A DNA stretch of 64,000 nt. Origin: an uncultured delta proteobacterium (lineage in GTDB: Bacteria > Myxococcota_A > Polyangia > Polyangiales > B10-G4). The stretch is from positions 1-64,000 of the forward strand of contig CAVSGI010000004.1 in NCBI GenBank assembly GCA_963727445.1. The letters are read 5' to 3'. The notes below the pieces were generated by a model. It did not search any database. It saw nothing but the letters and a program-made list of their open reading frames with translations, and was not told the origin of the DNA. Position numbers and translations under genes: made by a program. Below are positions 1 through 9,513 of this stretch, one piece after another (position 1 is the stretch's first letter; each line of letters starts with the position of its first letter).

Positions 1-147
1 TCACCGATCGCCCAGCGCATCCGTCGTCCCCGCATGGGCTGCCCCCACGCGCCGCGGCACTGCGCGATGCGCCGTGCTCGCCGCTCCGCGGCTGCGCGCG
101 CCGCAGGGTCCCCAAACCCGGCCGCTCCGCGCCCAGCAGGTTTCCAG

Positions 148-1436
148 ACGCGCGCATTTCGACCCACATAACCGGTCATGTCCGCCCCGATGCGCCGTCT
201 CCACGCCGCCGGGGAGCGCGCATTTCCGCCCACATAACCGGTTATCCCCGCCCCGATGCGCCGTCCCCCCCCGCGCCGTCGAGCGCGCATCTCCGCCCAC
301 ATAACCGGGTATGCCCGCCCCGATGCGCCGTCCCGCACCGTCAAGCATCGCGCATCTCCGCCCACATAACCGGGTATGCCCGCCCCGATGCGCCTGTCCC
401 GCGCCGCCGCGTGCCGCCGAGCGCGCATTTCCGCCCACATAACCGGGTATGTCCGCCCCGATGCGCCGTCCCACGCCGCCGAGCGCCGCCGAGCGCGCAT
501 TTCCGCCCACATAACCGGTTATCCCCGCCCCGATGCGCCGTCCCACGCCGCCGCGTGCCGTCGGCGCCGCGGTTCCACCCACATAACCGGTTATCCCCGC
601 CCCGATGCGCCGTCCCGCGCCGCCGCGTGCCGTCGAGCGCGCCTTCCTCCCGCATAACCGGTTATGTGACCCCCGATGCGCCGTCCCGCGCCGCCGCGTG
701 CCGTCGAGCGCGCATTTCCGCCCACATAACCGGTTATCCCCGCCCCGATGCGCCGTCCCACGCCGTCGAGCACACATCCGCCCACATAACCGGTTATCCC
801 CGCCCCGATGCGCCGTCCCACGCCGTCGAGCGCGCATTTCCGCCCACATAACCGGTTATCCCCGCCCCGATGCGCCGTCCCACGCCGTCGAGCGCCGCCG
901 AGCGCGCATTTCCGCCCACATAACGGGTATGCCCGCCCCGATGCGCCGTCCCACGCCGCCGCGTCCGTCAGCGCGCATTTCCTCCCGCATAACCGGTTAT
1001 GTCCGCCCCGATTGCGCCGTCCCGCGCCGCCGCGTGCCATGACGCACATTCCCGCCCACATAACCGGTTATCCCCGCCCCGATGCGCCGTCCCGCGCCGC
1101 CGCGTGCCGTCGAGCGCGCATTTCCGCCCACATAACCGGTTATCCCCGCCCCGATGGCGCCGTCCCACGCCGTCGAGCGCGCGTTTCCGCCCACATAACC
1201 GGTTATCACCCGCCCCCCGATGCGCCGTCCCACGCCGTCGAGCGCCGCCGAGCGCGCATTTCCCGCCCACATAACGGGTATGCCCGCCCCGATGCGCCGT
1301 CCCACGCCGCCGCGTGCCGTCGGAGCGCGCATTTCCCTCCCGCATAACCGGTTATGTCCGCCCCGATGCGCCGTCCCGCACCGTCGAGCGCGCATCTCCG
1401 CCCACATAACCGGTTATCCCCGCCCCGATGCGCCTT
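148..1436. repeat. Tandem array of about 19 dyad-symmetric units (mostly 62 or 72 bp)
   Basis: The core CATAAC(C)GG recurs at about 167, 233, 300, 365, 438, 510, 582, 653, 725, 785, 847, 919, 988, 1059, 1131, 1194, 1270, 1343 and 1405. Consensus is GCGCAT-TTCCGCCCAC-ATAACCGGTTAT-CCCCGCCCCG-ATGCGC plus a GC-rich linker. Confidence 0.95.
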
Positions 1437-1573
1437 CCCGGCCTGTCGTCGACTGCGATCGACGAGAGTTGCGCGGACCCTTGGCGTTGAGCTAAAACGC
1501 TTCGCCCGCGCGGGCGATGAGCCACAGCGCGATCGGTTGGGTAGCCCCCAACCTCTTGAAAATTCGAGCTTTT

Positions 1574-1646
1574 GCCCAGGTAGCTGAGTTGGTACAGAGG
1601 ATTGAAAATCCGCGTGTCGATGGTTCGATTCCGTCCCTGGGCACCA
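1574..1646 (+). tRNA. tRNA-Phe(GAA), atypical or degenerate D-arm and anticodon stem
   Basis: Acceptor stem GCCCAGG/CCTGGGC with ACCA end, T-arm GATGG-TTCGATT-CCGTC, anticodon loop TTGAAAA. Only 73 nt: it lacks the GAG of the usual GGTAGAGCA and has a mismatch in the anticodon stem. Confidence 0.8.
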
Positions 1647-1648
1647 CG

Positions 1649-1690
1649 AAAGACCGCTGCTCCGCCTTGATGGCGCGTCGGCGGTCTTTT
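1649..1690 (+). terminator. Intrinsic terminator after the tRNA
   Basis: Stem AAAGACCGC...GCGGTCTTT ending in a T run directly downstream of the tRNA CCA. Confidence 0.6.
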
Positions 1691-1730
1691 CGCGAAACCA
1701 GTCGAGCGCGCGTCCGACCAGGTCGGCGCG

Positions 1731-3441
1731 ATGCAGGAAACAACCGCAGGCTCGACGCGCCCCCTTGCTCCTGGCGATTGCGTTCCCGGCACGCCCTATC
1801 GCGTGGTCGGCGTGCTGGGCGCGGCGAACGCGGGGAGCGTGTACGAGGTCGAACACGTCGAGCTGGGCAAGCGCTTTGCGCTGAAGGCTCTGCCGCCCGA
1901 GGCGGCGCGCTTCGACATGGTGGCGCGGCTGCGCAACGAGTGGCGCGCACTGGCGCGGCTCGCGCACAAGAACATCGTGGCGGTCAGCGACGCGGGCACG
2001 ACGCCGGACGGGCTGCCGTTTTTCGTGATGGAACGCCTCGATGGAGAGTCGCTGCGCGCGCGGCTCGAGCGCGAGGGACGGCTGCGCGCCAGCGAGGCAA
2101 TCGGTATCGCGACGAGCATCGCCGAGGCTCTGGGCGCGGCACATCGCATCGGCGTGGTGCACCGCGACGTGAAGCCGGAGAGCGTCTTCATTGCGCGCGG
2201 CGGCCGCGTGAAGCTGCTCGATTTCGGCATGGCGAAGCTGCACAGCGCGCCGTCGAAGCTCACCGCGCACGGGGTCACGGTCGGCACGCCGCGCTACATG
2301 GCGCCGGAGCAGGCGCTGGGCGAGAAGGTCGATCATCGCGCCGATTTCTACGCGCTGGGGCTGGTGCTGTTCGAGATGCTGGCAGGCGTGGGGCCGTTCG
2401 ACGACGCGGAGGACACGGGCGCCATGCTGCTCCGGCGCGCAACGGGCGAGGCGCCCTCGCTTTCGACGCGCGCAGCGGGATGCCGGCAGACCTCGACGCG
2501 CTGGTCGCCCGCATGCTGGCACGCGATCCCGCCGAGCGCCCGGCGGACGCGCGGAGCGTGGCGACGGCGCTGCAGCAGATCGGCGCGCGGCTGTTCGCGC
2601 CTGTCTCGCACGACTCGCCGACGCGGGAGGCGTGCTACACGGCCAACACGCGCCCGACGATCGTGCCGCCGGCCGACAACGCCGCTCCGACGACCCAGCT
2701 CGATGCGGTCGTGGCCGCGGGGCGGACGGTTCCCGACGGCGTTGCGGCGCGCGCATCGTCGGCCCCACCCCCGCCGCCGGCGCCGGGCGGCAATACAACG
2801 GTGCTGGCGATCCCGGTGGCGGGGCGCGCGGTCCCACCGCCCTTGCCGGTCGCGCAGTCGTTGCCCCGGCCGGTCGCGTCCGTTCCCCCGGCGGCGGCGC
2901 CGGAACCCTCGTCCGCGCCGTCGGCGGCTCCGGTCGCTATTGCGACGTGCGCCCGGGGTGCCACGGCGACGCGCCGCGCGGTCGCGCAACGCGCGGCGCT
3001 CATCGGTTCGGCGGCGGCGGTGCTCTTTCTGGGTTGTCTGGCGCTGGGCTGGGTGTTTCTCGGCAACGGCGAGGACATCGCGCCGCGCGCCGACATGACG
3101 ACGGACGCGATCGCACGTCCGGTGGGGCCGCACAGCGCGAAGCACGCCCATCGGAGCACCGCGCTCCAGTGGCGGCTGCGAGAACGACAGCTGCGACGAA
3201 GACCGCTGCAAAGCCCGCCAAGGCGGCCCCGGAGCCCGCCGCGAAGCCGACCTCGCACGCTGCCCGACAGCTCGCCGTGCCGCACACCCAGAAGCCCGCA
3301 CGGCACGCGAGATCCGCGCAGCCGCGCCGGCGCAGCGCCGCGCCGGCCGTCACCGCAACGCGCATCGACGCCGGGCCGCTGCTCTGCCACCCCGAGATCC
3401 CACCGAACCCCTACGGCGCCATGCCACCGTCCGGGTTGTAG
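1731..3441 (+). CDS. Membrane Ser/Thr protein kinase (Hanks type), frameshifted, degenerate catalytic loop
   Basis: Motifs FALK, HRDVKPES, DFG, GTPRYMAPE and DFYALG. Continues after a frameshift at ~2475 (MLARDPAERP, TM segment near 3000-3060) and another at ~3150, to the end MPPSGL*. Confidence 0.85.
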
Positions 3442-3582
3442 GCGCCGGACCGGCCGTCAAGTCGGCACGATGGCACGCGGGATATGCCAGCGGAGGGTCA
3501 CATACTTGACGAGATCGCGGCCCGGAGCGATCCCTGGGCCACAGCTGGACCGCTGCCAGGGGCGCGGGAGCACGTGAGCACG

Positions 3583-3987
3583 ATGGGCGAAAACGACGGC
3601 AGCAAATCCGGCGACGAAAAGGGCCACGGCGATCTGGTCGACGTGTTCGAGCGGCCGTCCGCCGCGCACAGCGAGGGGCAACTCTACGCCCCACCGCGCA
3701 CGCTGCCGCCCACGTCCGACCACCGCACGATCGAGATCCAGACGATCAAGGTGCACGAGGACGAGTCACGCCGCGCGGCGACACAGCCCAGCTTGAGGCG
3801 CGTGGGTGCGGCGGAACAAGCTGCATTCGAAGCGGGACGCGCCGCGGCCGCCGAGCTCGAGGCGGGGCAGATCGCGGCGGTCCAGAGCGAAGCGGCGCCG
3901 GTCGCCGTCGCGGCGGTCCAGGGCGAAGCGGCGCCCGGCGCCGACGAGAGTGTCGCGGCGCCATCAGCCGATCTCGGCGTGGCGTGA
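3583..3987 (+). CDS. Hypothetical protein, possibly truncated at the junction
   Basis: ORF with coding-like composition (MGENDGSK...RTIEIQTIKV) that ends where the Clp fragment begins. Confidence 0.55.
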   Translation: MGENDGSKSGDEKGHGDLVDVFERPSAAHSEGQLYAPPRTLPPTSDHRTIEIQTIKVHEDESRRAATQPSLRRVGAAEQAAFEAGRAAAAELEAGQIAAVQSEAAPVAVAAVQGEAAPGADESVAAPSADLGVA

Positions 3988-4388
3988 GCGGAGATGGGGA
4001 GGTGGCCATCGCCGCCGCGCGCGCGGCCCTGCCACCCGAGCTCTGGAATCGCATCGACGAGCCGCTCTTCTTCGGCGCGCTCGGTGAAGAAGAGGTGCAG
4101 GAGATCGCGCGCCGCATGCTCAGCGGCGTGGCGGGGACCCTCGCCGAGGAGCGCGGCATCGTGCTCACGGTGGACCCCTCGGCGCTGGCCGCGCTCTGCG
4201 CCGCCGGAGGCTACGACGCGTCCCTGGGCGCACGTCCGATGCGGCGCACTATCGGGCGTCTCGTGGAGTCGCCGCTGGCCTCGAAGATCCTCGCAGGCGA
4301 GCTCGCCGAGGGCGACGAGGTGGTGCTCCACGGCCACGCGGGGCGCCTCGAGTTCGAGCGCGCCGTTCGCGTCGACGCCGCGGAATGA
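3984..4388 (+). pseudogene. C-terminal fragment of a ClpA/B/C-family AAA+ ATPase (D2-small domain only)
   Basis: Contains PELWNRIDE, GYDASLGARPMRRTIGRLVESPLA and ILAGEL..GD. No Walker A/B motifs or AAA domains upstream. Confidence 0.85.
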
Positions 4389-4458
4389 CCAAATAGCCCC
4401 GCGATTCTCTGCCGCCCGAGGCCGGAGCGGCGCCCTCCTTGCGTCCCGGCCGGCGGAC

Positions 4459-5799
4459 ATGTCATCACGCGGGGTCGTGACGTCGTCCGGTACGTTGTCC
4501 ACGGAAGGGGGCCTGGCAGAGCGGGATCTGCCGAGGGCGTTCGGCCCCTACACCCTCTTCGACCACATCGGTCGCGGCGGGATGGCGGACATCTACCTGG
4601 CCTCGCGCACCGACGAGCTGGGCGGCTCGCGCCACGTGGTGATCAAGCAGATCCTCCCCGGCTTCAGCGCGGACGCGGCCTTCGCCGGGCTGCTCACCGC
4701 CGAGGCCAAGCTCGCAGCCCGGCTGAACCACGCCAACGTGGTGCAGGTCATGGACCTCGGGCGCGAGTCGGACCGGCTCTACATCGCGATGGAGTACGTG
4801 GAGGGTTACGACCTGCACCAACTCCTGAGGCGACTGTCCAAGGCGCGCCTCCCGCTGCCGGCGGAGTTCGCGCTCTTCATCATTCGCGAGACCCTGCGGG
4901 GTCTCGACTACGCGCACCGCGCCCGCGACGCCGAGGGCGCCCGGCTCGGCATCGTGCACCGCGACGTCTCGCCGTCCAACGTGCTGATCTCTTTCGAAGG
5001 AGAGGTGAAGCTCTGCGACTTCGGCATCGCACGGGCGCTGGGCGGCACGGAAGGATCGGCGGAGGAGGGCGCCATCGCGCGCAGCCGCGTCGCCGGCAAG
5101 AGCGCCTACATGGCTCCCGAGCACGCGCGCGGAGAGGAGATCGACGCGCGCTCCGACGTCTTCGCCGCCGGCATCCTCTTGTGGGAGCTGAGCGCGGGCC
5201 GCCGCCTCTACAAGGGGACCGAGGAGCAGATGCTGGCGTTGGCGCAGGCCGCGGAGATCCCGCCGGTGCCCGCAGGACGGCTCCCCAAACAGCACGTCCT
5301 TCAAGACGTCCTCGACCGGGCCCTCGCACCCGATCCCGCCGACCGCTTCCCAACCGCCGCCGACTTCTCCGGCGCCCTCGAGGACTACGCGATGTCGGTG
5401 GGGCTCATGGCCTCGCAGCTGCGCTTCGGCAGCTTCCTGATGGACAACTTCGGCGAGGATCTCATCGCCTCGCGCCGCGCCCGCGAGCGTCAGGCGGCAT
5501 ACCTCGACGAGCGTGACCCGACGGGCAGCTCGGTCCGGCGGAAGTCGGCCTCGGACGCCGATGCGCTGGCGGATGCGGACGAAGAGGCAGACGAGGAGGT
5601 CGTCGCCGACGCCGAGGTCGCGGCCGACACCGACGCCGAAGAGCTCAGAGATGCGGCCGCGGTCCCCGAGATCCACTCCCTCGACACCGCCAAGCGCCCT
5701 TCGGTTCCACCGAAGGCGTCCAGCCGAGCGCCCATCTACGTCGCGGTCGTCATCGTGCTGGTGGCGATCGCCATCGCCGCGGCGCTCGTTCTGCGCTGA
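4459..5799 (+). CDS. Ser/Thr protein kinase with C-terminal membrane anchor
   Basis: IGRGGMADIY, VVIK, HRDVSPSN, DFG and YMAPE motifs, with an acidic linker and terminal TM helix. Start codon approximate. Confidence 0.93.
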   Translation: MSSRGVVTSSGTLSTEGGLAERDLPRAFGPYTLFDHIGRGGMADIYLASRTDELGGSRHVVIKQILPGFSADAAFAGLLTAEAKLAARLNHANVVQVMDLGRESDRLYIAMEYVEGYDLHQLLRRLSKARLPLPAEFALFIIRETLRGLDYAHRARDAEGARLGIVHRDVSPSNVLISFEGEVKLCDFGIARALGGTEGSAEEGAIARSRVAGKSAYMAPEHARGEEIDARSDVFAAGILLWELSAGRRLYKGTEEQMLALAQAAEIPPVPAGRLPKQHVLQDVLDRALAPDPADRFPTAADFSGALEDYAMSVGLMASQLRFGSFLMDNFGEDLIASRRARERQAAYLDERDPTGSSVRRKSASDADALADADEEADEEVVADAEVAADTDAEELRDAAAVPEIHSLDTAKRPSVPPKASSRAPIYVAVVIVLVAIAIAAALVLR

Positions 5800-5819
5800 A
5801 CGCGCTCAGCGCGGCGCGG

Positions 5820-6749
5820 TCATCGCGCGTCCAATGGCAGCGAGGCGCGGAAGGCGTCGATGGTGTCGTACTCGTCGTGCTCGTGGGTGAAGCCGGTGGC
5901 TTCGCGGAAGGCAGAGCCGTCGATCACCACCGGGTACTTGATGTGATCGATGGCGCCCTTGGGCAGGGTGCCGATGCCGAAGCGGCCCATCGCCGCGGTG
6001 AGCAGGCCTTCGGGGAGCGACAGAGGGCTGCGCCCCGCACGACGTATGATCACCGACAGCGGCAGCGGGGCAGGGCCACAGACGTTGAAGACGCCGCGGG
6101 TATCGGCGTCGAGCGTGGTGGCCACCGCTTGCGCGACATCGTCTTCGTGCATGAACTGAAAGAGTGGGTCGAAGCCCAGGACCATCGGCACGCGCGGGTT
6201 CGAAAGGAAGTTGGCGAGCGTTCCGTGGCGCGCGGGGCCGAGGGTGTAGCAGACGCGCAGCACGGAGGTCTGGATCTTCGGGAAGCGCCAGAGAGCCGCG
6301 CCCGCGTACAGGTCGGCGGCGACGAGATCGGCGAGCTCGGGGAAGGACTCGAGCCCGAGCGGCGGCTCCTCCTCCGTGTGATAGAGCGGCGAGTCGGGCG
6401 CCGCCCCGTAATAGGTGTGGCGGCCGACGAAGATCGCCCGCTTCACTCCGTAGCGGTGGGCGTGCTCGAAGAAGGCGCGGGTGCCGCCGAGGTTGATGCG
6501 GAAACGGTCACCGCTCGACTTCAGGATGTGGGTCACGGTGGCCATGTGGAGCGCCGCATCCGGGCGGCGTGTGCGGAAGACGTCCTCCGCGGCGCGTTTG
6601 CGGATGTCGGTCTCGTGCATCTCGACGCCCTCGGGCGCATCGCGCCAGGGACGGCGGTCCACGCCGATGACCTCGTGCCCCGCGGCGAGGAGCTGACGGG
6701 CCACGATGCGACCCATCTTCCCGCTGATGCCGGTCACCAGAACCTTCAT
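5820..6749 (-). CDS. NAD-dependent epimerase/dehydratase (extended SDR)
   Basis: [13 protein letters not shown]ossmann motif, QFMHEDDVA and GVFNV. Confidence 0.9.
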   Translation of the reverse strand: MKVLVTGISGKMGRIVARQLLAAGHEVIGVDRRPWRDAPEGVEMHETDIRKRAAEDVFRTRRPDAALHMATVTHILKSSGDRFRINLGGTRAFFEHAHRYGVKRAIFVGRHTYYGAAPDSPLYHTEEEPPLGLESFPELADLVAADLYAGAALWRFPKIQTSVLRVCYTLGPARHGTLANFLSNPRVPMVLGFDPLFQFMHEDDVAQAVATTLDADTRGVFNVCGPAPLPLSVIIRRAGRSPLSLPEGLLTAAMGRFGIGTLPKGAIDHIKYPVVIDGSAFREATGFTHEHDEYDTIDAFRASLPLDAR

Positions 6750-7540
6750 CGCCCTCTCCGTCCTTCTTCGATGAGGCTCCGGATGCGCTCCTTCACCTCG
6801 GCGACCATGTCGTTTATCACCCGGTCGTCCTCGTTTCCCGTCCCCTCGAAGACCATCGGCTCACCGTAGTGAATCGCGACCGGCACAGGAAGGGGGACGG
6901 GGATCAGGTAGGGCGTCATGGGGATGTAAGGCACGCCCACCAGCTTGCCGATGCTTTCCAGGTTGGAGATGGTGGGGACCGCTTCACCGCCGCCGATGAA
7001 GGCCAGGGGGATGATGGGCGTCTTGGTCTGGAGGGCCAGGCGGACGAAACCCTGGCCGAAGCGCACCAACGAGTAGCGGTCGGGGTAGAGCTTGGCGGTG
7101 CCGCGCGCGCCCTCGGGGAAGACCATCAAGAGGCGTTCGTCCTCGAGGAGGCGGACGGCGTGCTCCGGCAGGCCGGTGAACTGGCCGGTCTTGTTCGTCC
7201 ACAACGAGGCGTAAGGGACCTTCGCCAGGAACTTCTCCGCCATCCCCTGCGCCAGGCGCGGCGGCTCGAGCTCGAAGAAGCAGCTCGCGATGACCATGCC
7301 GCCGTCGATCGCGTAGCCCCCCGAGTGATTGCCGACCAGCATCGCGCGCCCGCGCGGCGGCACGTTCTCCATGCCGAAGACCTCGGCCCGGAAGTAGCGC
7401 CGGTAGAACCAGCCGAGCATGTTCATGAAGTGCGCGACATGGCGGCGTGAGACGCCGAATTGATCGATGCCGTCGCGATTGAAGGGGAGCTCGAGCCAAT
7501 CCAGCCGCTCCCTGACTTCTCGTCGAATCCCCCGATCCAT
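6746..7540 (-). CDS. Lysophospholipid/PlsC-family acyltransferase
   Basis: NHSGGYAID (HxxxxxD-type) and VFPEGARG motifs. Confidence 0.9.
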   Translation of the reverse strand: MDRGIRREVRERLDWLELPFNRDGIDQFGVSRRHVAHFMNMLGWFYRRYFRAEVFGMENVPPRGRAMLVGNHSGGYAIDGGMVIASCFFELEPPRLAQGMAEKFLAKVPYASLWTNKTGQFTGLPEHAVRLLEDERLLMVFPEGARGTAKLYPDRYSLVRFGQGFVRLALQTKTPIIPLAFIGGGEAVPTISNLESIGKLVGVPYIPMTPYLIPVPLPVPVAIHYGEPMVFEGTGNEDDRVINDMVAEVKERIRSLIEEGRRGR

Positions 7541-7543
7541 GTC

Positions 7544-8344
7544 CTACCCTCGCAGCTTCGAAGTGAGCGCTCTCTGAACCGCGGCGGCGCGGGTGGCGCT
7601 GAGGCCTGCTTCCCGCGCCACCGAGAGGATGATCGGGCCAACGCTCTCGTACGCGCGAAGCGCACGCCGGTGGCCTCGGAGCGCCGCGCGATGTCCGCGA
7701 ATGGTCGCAGCGTCCCCGCGCACGATCGGCCCGGTGAGCGCTTCGGGCACGCCGATGGTCTCCACGTTGTCGGCGACCGTGCGCAGGAGCGAACCGATGG
7801 CGAGCTCCGCGTCCTCCCTACCGATGCCGAGCTGTTCGAAGAGCCCCACCGCGATGGTGGCGAGGGCGGCGCTTCCATTGGCGAGGAGCGCCGCCGCCGC
7901 GTGATAAGCGGGGCCGTGCACGCGCGCCGTGAGCGGGTGCGCCCCGACCCGCGTGGCGATCTTGCGCGCCGCGCGCGTCGCGCGCCGCTGTCCACTGATC
8001 ACGAAGGTGGTTCCCGCGAGGTCCGGCACGGCGTCGGGCGTCGGAAACGAGACGAGGGGGTGCATCACGCCGATTGAGGCGCCGGCGCGCCGACACTCGT
8101 CCAAGAGCTCCGGTCCCTGCGCGCCGGCGCAGTGCAGGACTACTGCCCCCGGGCGGAGCGCGGCGAGCAGCCGTCCCGCCACCTGCCGGATCGCTCCGTC
8201 GGAGACCGCCAGCACGAACACCTCGCCATTGGCGCGCGAGAGGTCCTTGCGGCTGTCCGTCAGACGCACCGTGCCGCCTGCGCGTCGAATCGCTCGGCTG
8301 AGCCCACGGCCCACCCGGCCACGACCGATGACCACGATCTTCAC
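7544..8344 (-). CDS. Rossmann-like/DUF2520 oxidoreductase (PanG-like)
   Basis: IGRGRVG, LAVSD, HCAGA, MHPLVSF, YHAAAALLAN and ALTGPIVRGD. The GTG start overlaps the nadD stop. Confidence 0.88.
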   Translation of the reverse strand: MKIVVIGRGRVGRGLSRAIRRAGGTVRLTDSRKDLSRANGEVFVLAVSDGAIRQVAGRLLAALRPGAVVLHCAGAQGPELLDECRRAGASIGVMHPLVSFPTPDAVPDLAGTTFVISGQRRATRAARKIATRVGAHPLTARVHGPAYHAAAALLANGSAALATIAVGLFEQLGIGREDAELAIGSLLRTVADNVETIGVPEALTGPIVRGDAATIRGHRAALRGHRRALRAYESVGPIILSVAREAGLSATRAAAVQRALTSKLRG

Positions 8345-8904
8345 GCGTGCCTCGCGTAGAGCCGGTGCTCGCGGATGTACGCCTCGACCGCGCTGGGGAC
8401 CAGGCCGGCCACCGACTCGCCTTCGCGCAGCCGCCGGCGCAGCTCGGTCGAGCTCACCTCGGGAAGCGTCACGCTGTCGGGGCGAGGGGCGTCGTAGCCG
8501 CCTCGACCCACGACGATGGGCGGTGCGATCTCGACGATGCGATCCCAGCGATGCCACCGGTCGGTCTCGCCGAGGATATCCGCGCCCACGACCAGGCGAA
8601 AGTCGGTGTCGGGGTGACGCTCGCGCAACGTCTCGAGAGTGTCCAGGGTGCGGCTCACCCCGCCGCGCTCCGCTTCGATGCGGCTCATGCGTACCCGGCG
8701 CAGGTCGCGCATGGCGAGCTCGGTCATCGCAAACCGATGCTCGAACTCGGCGCTGGCCTCCTTGTCGAGGGCGTGGTCGAAGGTGGGGACGACGAGGACT
8801 TCGTCGACCGCGTCGGCGGCGAGGACGTAGGCGACGCACAGGACGTGGGAGACGTGTGGTGGGTCGAAGCTTCCACCGAAGACGGCGATGGCCCGCGGGC
8901 TCAC
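8341..8904 (-). CDS. nadD: Nicotinate-nucleotide adenylyltransferase
   Basis: FGGSFDPPHVSH, SRTLDTL, VVGAD..WHRW and VSSTELR..VPSAVEAYI. Confidence 0.95.
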   Translation of the reverse strand: MSPRAIAVFGGSFDPPHVSHVLCVAYVLAADAVDEVLVVPTFDHALDKEASAEFEHRFAMTELAMRDLRRVRMSRIEAERGGVSRTLDTLETLRERHPDTDFRLVVGADILGETDRWHRWDRIVEIAPPIVVGRGGYDAPRPDSVTLPEVSSTELRRRLREGESVAGLVPSAVEAYIREHRLYARHA

Positions 8905-9513
8905 GCCATCACCGTCATCTTCGCGCTGGTGCGCACCTGCAAGAGCTCGCGGGAGATCGGTACGCCTGCCGGGCTGAACACGCTCAGGACGAAGCCGCCC
9001 TCTTCCTCGTCCTGCTCGAGGACGCCGATGTGCCCTGCGGAGAGCGGCCCCGGCGTGAAGAAGTAACGTGGGCCGAAGCGCTTGAAGAGCATCTTTTCGC
9101 TCTTGCCGTAGACGGTGAAGAAGGAGTTCGCGATGTCCTCCTCCTGCAGGACCGCCTTGTCCCAGACCAACGTGACGATGCGGTCGCCGAGCATCTCGAT
9201 GGCCCGCGCCGGCGGCGGAGGAAGGCGCCTGAATCTGCTCGACCCGCGTGAGGGAGGCGTCTTCCCGAAAGAGGGCGTCGAGGGCTGCGACGTTGCCGGT
9301 GGGCGCCTGCTCCGCCACGCGGCTGAGGAAGGCGCCCTCGTCCAGGCCGCCCGGCGCCCCCGAGGCAGCCCATCGCTTCGCGGCGTCGACGATGGCGTCG
9401 TCGTGGGCGAGGTACACCAGGAGGTCGACGCCCACGTCGCCCATGAGGAACTCGATCGCTTCGTCGAGGAGCGCGGCCCCGTCGCCGGCGGGCCCGACCA
9501 GCCCGATCTTCAT
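8901..9513 (-). CDS. Hypothetical protein, frameshifted at ~9225
   Basis: MKIGLVG... N-half and LGDRIVTLVWDKAVL...RFGPRYFFTPGP C-half lie in adjacent frames. Start and stop overlap both neighbours. Confidence 0.75.

Noticed and set aside
148..1436. CRISPR array
   Set aside because: The inter-repeat segments are variants of one sequence rather than unique spacers, and no cas genes are present.
1..1495. Many overlapping ORFs in the first repeat array
   Set aside because: They are translations of stop-poor GC-rich repeats in several frames on both strands, with no RBS or domain.
3464..3490. Sigma-54 promoter (TGGCACG)
   Set aside because: The GG-N10-GC spacing is not satisfied.
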